Assembly: GCA_021399395.1 (NCBI GenBank)
Contig: JAAFKJ010000106.1
Location: 1-12,587 of the forward strand
Reading direction: 5' to 3'
From: Candidatus Heimdallarchaeota archaeon
GTDB lineage: Archaea; Asgardarchaeota; Heimdallarchaeia; Heimdallarchaeales; Heimdallarchaeaceae
Length of the DNA stretch: 12,587 nucleotides
The notes beneath the pieces are model-generated. The model saw only the letters and a list, made by a program, of their open reading frames with translations, was not told where the DNA came from and did no database searches. The position numbers were made by a program, and so were the translations under genes. Positions 6,529 to 12,587 of this stretch are shown piece after piece (position 1 is the first letter of the stretch; the number at the start of each line of letters is the position of its first letter).

Positions 6529-8444
6529 TGGGGCATTTAATGAGACAAATGGCTAGAGAGGAAGAGCACCGGGAGAAAAAATACTCAGACTGGGTTTTGT
6601 TCAAAAGAGTTTTCAGTGTATTTGGATATTATAAAGTTGAAGCAGGTTCTGTAATCGCGATTGTAATTACATTTTCTATTTTCACTACTACAATTCCTCT
6701 ACTTCTTGCAAATGTAATTGATTTATTTATCATACCTTTTGCTAAGTCGAGTGCATTTGTTACTAATTATGTTAACTCGTTTAATACTTACAATGAAATT
6801 TCTAATGGCCTTATTCAGAGCAAGTTAAATATCCTTACTCCTTCAGCTGCAGCTCGAGACATCAACTCAATTCTGATTATGGGAGGCATGTATCTAGTGT
6901 TCTTAGTATTGAATTTTGTAATGATCTTAGCAAGAACAACTTTGTTTGCACGATTAGGGCAAAAAATGATCTACAGAATCAGAAATGATTTATTTTCAAA
7001 ATTACAATATCTGTCTTTTGACTATTTTACAGAAACTGAATCGGGAAGAACGATATCAAAACTAACGAATGATGTGGACTCGTTAGGAGAACTTTTGACT
7101 ACAGGGATAATAGATATCTTTGCAGATCTTGTCAGTTTAGTATGGATACTTGTTCTAATGTTCATTCTTGATGTAACTATGACTTTATTCACCCTAACAG
7201 TTGTTCCAGTACTGTTAGTCATAGCATTTCTCTTCCAAAAGAAAGTCAGATCAGCATATAGAAGAACAAGAGTAGCAATTGCCAAAGTAACAGCAAATTT
7301 GCAAGAAACAATATCTGGTGTAAAGGTAACTAAAGCACTGTCTAGAGAAGACAAAAACATCCAAAATTTCAAAGGACTTAATAGAGAAAACTATTCAGCA
7401 AATGTTCAAGCAGCTAGTGTTTCTTCCTTGTTTATGCCAATTATCCAGATTATAGCTGCTTTAGGAAGTACAATTGTTATCATTTATGGTGGCTATGCAG
7501 TTATAACGACAGGAACGATTTCAATAGGAGAACTTTATGCATTTCTTGAATACTCAAATAGATTCTTCATGCCCGTAATCAGCCTATTTACGTTTTACAC
7601 AACAATCCAATCTGGATTTGCCAGTGCAGAGAGAATCTTTGAGATTCTGGATGAAGAACCTTCAGTTAAAAACACAGAATCACCTATAATTCCAGATAAA
7701 ATAGAAGGATATCTAAAATTGGTTGATGTTGACTTTAAGTATCAGCAAGACGTGCCAATTCTTAAAAATATTAATCTGGAGATCGAACCAGGAAAAAGTA
7801 TAGCTCTAGTTGGCCAAACTGGAGCAGGTAAAACGACAATTACAAAACTACTTTCTCGATATTATGATGTTACAGCTGGAGAATTATTTGTTGATGGCAC
7901 CAATATCAAAGAAATTGACCTAGAAACCCTACGAAAAAATATTGCTGTTGTCCCACAAGATGTCTATCTTTTCGGTGGTTCTATTATGGAAAATCTAAAA
8001 TTCGGAAATAAAGATGCTACTGATCAAGAAGTCTATGATATATGTCTAATATTAGGGCTACATGATTATATTTTGAAACTACCTGAGGGTTATGAAACAG
8101 ATGTCAAAGAAGGAGGAGCAAGATTATCTTTAGGCCAAAGACAACTAATATCACTTGCAAGAGCTGTTGTAGCTAATCCTAGTATCCTTATTTTAGATGA
8201 ATGTAGTAGCTCTGTTGATCCAATAACTGAAGCTCTAATTCAGAAAGGTATAAACTTCATTCTTCAAGATAGAACATCTATCATTATAGCACACAGATTG
8301 AGTACTATCAAGAATGTATCTCAGATAGTTGTCCTTGATAATGGTGAAATTGTTGAGCTTGGTTCTCACGAAGAATTATTGAAGAAGAAAGGGAGATATC
8401 ATGACTTGTATGAGACTCAATTAACCAGCAATCTTGTAAGTTAA
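6528..8444 (+). CDS. Heterodimeric type IV ABC exporter, TMD-NBD half with consensus catalytic residues (TM288-like)
   Basis: Walker A GQTGAGKT, Q-loop VPQD, variant signature LSLGQ, Walker B ILILDE, switch IAHR. TAATG overlap with the upstream gene and SD GGGAG at 6514-6518. Confidence 0.95.
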   Translation: MGHLMRQMAREEEHREKKYSDWVLFKRVFSVFGYYKVEAGSVIAIVITFSIFTTTIPLLLANVIDLFIIPFAKSSAFVTNYVNSFNTYNEISNGLIQSKLNILTPSAAARDINSILIMGGMYLVFLVLNFVMILARTTLFARLGQKMIYRIRNDLFSKLQYLSFDYFTETESGRTISKLTNDVDSLGELLTTGIIDIFADLVSLVWILVLMFILDVTMTLFTLTVVPVLLVIAFLFQKKVRSAYRRTRVAIAKVTANLQETISGVKVTKALSREDKNIQNFKGLNRENYSANVQAASVSSLFMPIIQIIAALGSTIVIIYGGYAVITTGTISIGELYAFLEYSNRFFMPVISLFTFYTTIQSGFASAERIFEILDEEPSVKNTESPIIPDKIEGYLKLVDVDFKYQQDVPILKNINLEIEPGKSIALVGQTGAGKTTITKLLSRYYDVTAGELFVDGTNIKEIDLETLRKNIAVVPQDVYLFGGSIMENLKFGNKDATDQEVYDICLILGLHDYILKLPEGYETDVKEGGARLSLGQRQLISLARAVVANPSILILDECSSSVDPITEALIQKGINFILQDRTSIIIAHRLSTIKNVSQIVVLDNGEIVELGSHEELLKKKGRYHDLYETQLTSNLVS

Positions 8445-8461
8445 TACTCTTCCATCTTCAT

Positions 8462-8479
8462 TTCGCAATCCTTTTTATA
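8462..8479 (+). promoter_or_regulatory. BRE/TATA promoter of iorAB
   Basis: TTCGCAATCC-TTTTTATA about 30 nt before ATG 8510. Confidence 0.65.
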
Positions 8480-8509
8480 GATTTGATTTTCTCTACTCTT
8501 GATAGCAAT

Positions 8510-10363
8510 ATGGCAAGGGTAGAAGAACTTATAGCTAACAAAGAGGGAAGGATTCTTTGTCTAGGTAATGAAGCAATAGCTCGCGGTGCAATTGAAGCAG
8601 GCGTCCAAGTATTTGCTGCTTATCCTGGCACTCCAAGCAGTGAAGCAAGTGGTGCATTAATTGCAACTGCAACAAAACTAGGTCACTATGCAGAATGGAG
8701 TACTAATGAAAAAGTGGCATTTGAGACTGCATTTGCAGCTTCAATCTCAGGAATACGCTCAATGACTGCGTGTAAACATGTTGGAGTTAACGTATTAGCA
8801 GATGCCCTATTTAGTGCAGCCTATATGGGAACAACAGGTGGTTTTGTTGTTTTAGTAGCTGATGATCCGCATTGTTTTAGTAGTCAAAATGAGCAAGATT
8901 CAAGATGGTTAGGAGTAACTGCTCAAGTACCAATTCTTGAACCTGCTAATCCTCAAGAAGCAAAAGAATTTACAAAATTAGCTTTCGATATAAGTGAAAA
9001 ATTCGAGCAACTGATAATTCTAAGAACGACTACAAGAATTTCACATGCTAGAGCAGACATACAGTTCAATGAATTTAGCTCAAATTTCAAAGAAGGAAAA
9101 TTAGTGAAAGGATTGAGATATAAATGCTTACCAGCTGTTGCTAGGGCAAATCATCCAAAATTGGTTGCAAAATTAGAGGAAATCAAAGAATGGATACCAG
9201 AAAGTGGATTATCAGTTGTTGAAGGACCAACAAACAACGATTATGGTGTTATTACAAGCGGTATCTCATATGCTTATCTGAAAGATGCACTAGAATTATT
9301 GGATAAAGATATACCAATTCTCAAACTAGGAATGATTGCGCCTTTAGATGAAAAAACCATTTTGGAATTTGCTAAAGATAAGAAGAATATCATCTTCATG
9401 GAAGAAGTTGATGCTTACTTAGAAGATAGAATTTGTGCACTTTTACTTCAAAATAATATTACGCCTAAGATTCACGGTAAATGTTCTGGAATAACAAAAA
9501 GATATCATGAACTCAATTCCAGACTTGTAGCTGAAGCACTTCAAGGTATAATTGGAGGAGAACTTCTACCTGTTACAGAAATCGAGGAGATCTCAGAAGA
9601 AACAAAAGATTTCATTCCATTTAGACCTCCAATATTCTGTCCTGGTTGCCAACACAGAGCCGCTTTCTGGGAGTTATCAAAAGTAGTTAGAAAGAACAAT
9701 GGCATATTCGCCTCAGATATAGGTTGTTACTCTTTAGATCCTTGGGTTACTGATACGATCCTTTGTATGGGGGGTGGAATTAGTATGGCAAATGGATTTG
9801 CACGCGTTATTACTGATAAACCTATTTTTGCTTTTATTGGTGATAGTACCTTCTTCCATACCGGAATGCCAGCTTTAGCTAATGCAGTTTACCAGGAAGC
9901 AAACATCAACATTCTAGTTCTTGACAACAGAATGACTGCAATGACGGGTTTTCAACCAAATCCTACAGAGATAATAGATATTGCAGATGTAGCTAAATCT
10001 CTAGGTGTTGAATATGTTGTTGAATTTGACCCTTATGATTTTGAAAAAGGAAAAGAAACCTTTGAAGAAGCGTTGAAACACAAAGGACCAACTGTCATCA
10101 TTATGCGAAAAATTTGTGCCAATGAATGGTGGAGACAAAAAAGAAGGAGGGGAGAGAAAATAGAAGTATATACAATTGACCCTGAGACTTGTATTTCATG
10201 TGGTACTTGCTTAGTTCAATATCAGTGTCCAGCAATTCACTGGAGTATAGATACTAACTCAAAAGGGAAAAACTACTCTGTAATTGACCCTTCTATGTGT
10301 ACAGGGTGCAGTGTTTGCTCTCAAATATGTCCTGTTGGGGCAATATCAAAGGTGGTAGATTAA
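8510..10363 (+). CDS. iorA: Indolepyruvate:ferredoxin oxidoreductase alpha subunit
   Basis: LGNEAIARG, YPGTPSSE, EWSTNEKVA, KHVGVN, SSQNEQDSR, RPPIFCPGCQH, SDIGCY, TPP-binding GDSTFFH...LDN, and a C-terminal 2x[4Fe-4S] domain (CISCGTC...CPAI, CTGCSVCSQICP). ATG 8510 is preferred over TTG 8483, which lies upstream of the predicted TSS. Confidence 0.96.
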   Translation: MARVEELIANKEGRILCLGNEAIARGAIEAGVQVFAAYPGTPSSEASGALIATATKLGHYAEWSTNEKVAFETAFAASISGIRSMTACKHVGVNVLADALFSAAYMGTTGGFVVLVADDPHCFSSQNEQDSRWLGVTAQVPILEPANPQEAKEFTKLAFDISEKFEQLIILRTTTRISHARADIQFNEFSSNFKEGKLVKGLRYKCLPAVARANHPKLVAKLEEIKEWIPESGLSVVEGPTNNDYGVITSGISYAYLKDALELLDKDIPILKLGMIAPLDEKTILEFAKDKKNIIFMEEVDAYLEDRICALLLQNNITPKIHGKCSGITKRYHELNSRLVAEALQGIIGGELLPVTEIEEISEETKDFIPFRPPIFCPGCQHRAAFWELSKVVRKNNGIFASDIGCYSLDPWVTDTILCMGGGISMANGFARVITDKPIFAFIGDSTFFHTGMPALANAVYQEANINILVLDNRMTAMTGFQPNPTEIIDIADVAKSLGVEYVVEFDPYDFEKGKETFEEALKHKGPTVIIMRKICANEWWRQKRRRGEKIEVYTIDPETCISCGTCLVQYQCPAIHWSIDTNSKGKNYSVIDPSMCTGCSVCSQICPVGAISKVVD

Positions 10364-10966
10364 ATGGTAGAAACATATCAAATGATGGTCTGTGGTGTTG
10401 GTGGTCAAGGGATTTTAACCATAACAGATATTATAGTTATGGCAGCTCAGAAAAAGGGATTACGAGTTTTAGGTTCTGAAGTACACGGAATGGCTCAAAA
10501 GGGTGGATCAGTGGTAACTAATCTCAAGATAGGAAAAGAGTTGCATTCTCCTGTAACACCTATTGGTAGCTGTAAAGCTCTTGTAGGATTAGAACAAAAT
10601 GAAACTTTGAGATATTTGAAATATCTAGAACCAGAAGGAACAGTAATAACTTCAAAGACAGTTCTTTTCCCAATTTCATGGAAGAAAGATAAAAAGGCAG
10701 CTCAATTAGCACGGGATAAAATAGAAGAAAATCTAGCAAAATATAATGCAAAGATTTTGAGAATTGATGCTGAAGAACTAGCAATCGAGGCCGGTTTAGT
10801 ATTGACACAAAATATCGTTCTATTAGGTGCACTATCTCAGGTAAAGGGTTTTCCATTAACAGTAGACGAATTGAGAGAAGCTCTTAAGCTAAGAGTACCT
10901 ACAAAGTATATTGAACAAAATGTAAAAGCATTTGAGTTAGGTATAATTTCTGCATCTAACTCCTAG
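10364..10966 (+). CDS. iorB: Indolepyruvate:ferredoxin oxidoreductase beta subunit
   Basis: GVGGQGIL, SEVHGMAQKGGSV, NIVLLGAL, NVKAFELG. Abuts the iorA stop, with SD-like GGTGG at 10351-10355. Confidence 0.95.
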   Translation: MVETYQMMVCGVGGQGILTITDIIVMAAQKKGLRVLGSEVHGMAQKGGSVVTNLKIGKELHSPVTPIGSCKALVGLEQNETLRYLKYLEPEGTVITSKTVLFPISWKKDKKAAQLARDKIEENLAKYNAKILRIDAEELAIEAGLVLTQNIVLLGALSQVKGFPLTVDELREALKLRVPTKYIEQNVKAFELGIISASNS

Positions 10967-11029
10967 TTTCTTCACTAGATTCGTTTGATGTATGTTCGGA
11001 AGTATCTAGATCTTATGAAGTTTTTAGCT

Positions 11030-11341
11030 TTATTTTTCCTCATCTGGAAGTAGCACAGATTCAATAATTTTTTCACCTGCAACAACCTCATCAACAGAAT
11101 GGACCGAGGATCCATAATCACGCAGAGTTTCTTGAATTTCATCAAATATCAAATTATCACCAACAATAGTAACATTGATACCTTCAGTGCTTGAATCAGT
11201 TTCAGTTCTAATAATATTAACAGATTCTACACCATGTAATTCAGCAATAGCATGCGCCAAAACATCAACTCGAGGTTGATGAGGCTTCAAAACATCTAAT
11301 ACAAGTCTTCGTATTCGAACAGTTCTAGAGGATGTAACCAT
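11030..11341 (-). CDS. DUF211 (COG1888) family conserved archaeal protein
   Basis: IRRLVLDVLKPHQP at the N-terminus, GVESVNI, and SVHSVDEVVAG near the C-terminus are the family motifs. Length about 100 aa. Confidence 0.9.
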   Translation of the reverse strand: MVTSSRTVRIRRLVLDVLKPHQPRVDVLAHAIAELHGVESVNIIRTETDSSTEGINVTIVGDNLIFDEIQETLRDYGSSVHSVDEVVAGEKIIESVLLPDEEK

Positions 11342-11395
11342 TGTTGATTCCCAATATCCTGTAATTTGACTAGTTGAGTTGATAGTACATTAATT

Positions 11396-11409
11396 CTTAA
11401 AGTTTTAGT
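11396..11409 (-). promoter_or_regulatory. Putative BRE/TATA for the DUF211 gene
   Basis: Minus strand ACTAAAA-CTTTAAGA about 55 nt upstream of ATG 11341. Confidence 0.35.
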
Positions 11410-11462
11410 TACATAAATCAGAAAGTGAAGATTATTATATCTTGGTATTGTTATTACCATTA

Positions 11463-11485
11463 CGCAAAACAATATTAATTATAAC
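11463..11485 (+). promoter_or_regulatory. Putative BRE/TATA region for the 11538 ORF
   Basis: CGCAAAACAATATTAATTATAA. GAGGT lies at 11531-11535 just before the ATG, with unusually short spacing. Confidence 0.35.
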
Positions 11486-11537
11486 AAAAATTAAGAATTG
11501 GGAACCCCTAGTAACATTGTACAATAGTGTGAGGTCT

Positions 11538-12587
11538 ATGTCAAAGAAATTTCCTTATGATTTATGGATAACTGCAGGCAGTGATGCTGGTATCAGTTTT
11601 GCTACTATAGGACGCTTAGCTAAGGATTCAAGCATGATGCAAGGAATTCTTCTCTCTCTTCAAACATTGATGACAACTGAAGTTAATGTCAGTAATTCAC
11701 AGTTTATGGCAGGAGAAAATGAATATGTCAAATTTGGAACTTTCACCCTTGCAGAAGAAGCAGATAATGTTGTTGTACAATATATTGTAAAATCAGATCA
11801 ACCTAATAAAATTTCAAAGGAAGAAGAAAAACTAGTTCAAGAATTAGCCCTCTCATTTTGTCGTTTTATCATCCTAACACCAAAATTCCATCAGCATCTA
11901 GCAACTGGAAGAATGATTTCATCTGACCATGTTTCAAAAGCTTATCTCAAAGCTTGTACTATCGCTAAGCAGAAGATTTTAGTTCAGAAAAATAACAAGG
12001 GACTGTTAGATTTAATTGAGAAAAATCTGAAGAATATTGATAAAGATAGTATCAAGTATCCAACAATAGCTCAGCTTCGTGAATTGAAGGAATGGATAGG
12101 GGAAGATGAAAATTCATGGGATAAAGGGGCCATCATACCTTTCAAACGCCAACTTCTCATTCAAATGGTCGCCCAAGATATTCTAAATCAGATAATAGCT
12201 GAGGATCCTTTTGTTCTCATTGAGTATGAAACTCCAAGATACGTGGTTGAGGAAATTAGAAATCATATTGATAGATACTTAAGAAGTAAGGAAATTAAAC
12301 CGAAAGATCTTATCGAACAATATCTAACAAAGAATTTAGATAAAAAAGTTAAATCTCAAATCAAGAATCTAACAATTGATGAAATTCATTCTGCAAATTC
12401 ATTTATTGCCCACAATTTAGCAAAGGATGTCATATTCTCCTTATCTAAAGAAAATCCTATTTGTGCACTAATTGATTTCAGAAGTGTTGATTTATACTCA
12501 GCTATCCGAAATGAGATAGGTACAGCCACAGAAGTGCCTAATCCAGGGAACATGATTTGTGATGCCTTAATTGAAGATGTGTCTCCA
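11538..12587 (+). CDS. Large soluble hypothetical protein (5' part, >=350 aa) with probable N-terminal longin-like domain
   Basis: Manual translation from ATG 11538 gives 350 sense codons with no stop (MSKKFPYDLWITAGSDAGISFATIG...LIEDVSP). The N-terminal pattern is beta-beta-alpha-beta-beta-beta-alpha, and the rest looks alpha-helical. The ORF itself is secure, the domain call is tentative. Confidence 0.8.
   Translation, partial: MSKKFPYDLWITAGSDAGISFATIGRLAKDSSMMQGILLSLQTLMTTEVNVSNSQFMAGENEYVKFGTFTLAEEADNVVVQYIVKSDQPNKISKEEEKLVQELALSFCRFIILTPKFHQHLATGRMISSDHVSKAYLKACTIAKQKILVQKNNKGLLDLIEKNLKNIDKDSIKYPTIAQLRELKEWIGEDENSWDKGAIIPFKRQLLIQMVAQDILNQIIAEDPFVLIEYETPRYVVEEIRNHIDRYLRSKEIKPKDLIEQYLTKNLDKKVKSQIKNLTIDEIHSANSFIAHNLAKDVIFSLSKENPICALIDFRSVDLYSAIRNEIGTATEVPNPGNMICDALIEDVSP

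Noticed and set aside
6419-7372. Minus-strand ORFs 6419-6604 and 7022-7372
   Set aside because: Antisense shadows of well-supported ABC genes.
10297-10856. ORFs 10297-10479 (+) and 10560-10856 (-)
   Set aside because: Alternative-frame or antisense shadows of iorA and iorB.
10963-10978. CTAGT-N6-ACTAG hairpin at the iorB stop
   Set aside because: A 5-bp stem with no clear U-tract is too weak to call a terminator.
2930-11354. 11-mer TTGGGAATCAA at 2930-2940 and its reverse complement at 11344-11354
   Set aside because: Different position and orientation relative to the start codons, and such a match is plausible by chance in AT-rich DNA.
4675-11401. TAATTCTTAAA shared by two divergent intergenic regions (4675-4685, 11391-11401)
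   Set aside because: Very AT-rich, overlaps TATA-like sequence, and AATTCTTAAA also occurs inside both ABC coding regions.
1-12587. CRISPR arrays, tRNA/rRNA, IS elements, tandem repeats
   Set aside because: None seen by eye. Intergenic gaps are all under 200 bp, AT-rich and largely accounted for by promoters.

Overview
AT-rich archaeal chromosomal DNA, probably from an Asgard (Heimdallarchaeia-like) archaeon. This is inferred from BRE/TATA promoters, leaderless first genes, iorAB, DUF211, C-terminally anchored surface glycoproteins and an Asgard-type longin-like N-terminus. In coordinate order the window holds: (1) on the minus strand, a translationally coupled, highly divergent complex I-like membrane-arm module, transcribed nuoJ-like > nuoK-like > nuoL-like; the nuoL-like ORF (1953 to <1, 651 sense codons) is missing from the ORF track because it leaves the window; (2) two tandem paralogous membrane-anchored surface glycoproteins; (3) a divergent promoter region with a 35-bp dyad; (4) a TM287/TM288-type heterodimeric ABC exporter; (5) iorA-iorB; (6) a DUF211 gene; (7) a second unlisted ORF (11538 to >12587) with a longin-like N-terminus. 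The best novelty candidate is the J-K-L module. It appears to have its own promoter and has no peripheral-arm genes upstream. It has lost most protonatable central-axis residues, and its NuoL lateral helix is about 25-30 residues longer than usual, as in '2M' complex I variants. All family calls come from manual translation and remembered motifs, not database searches.
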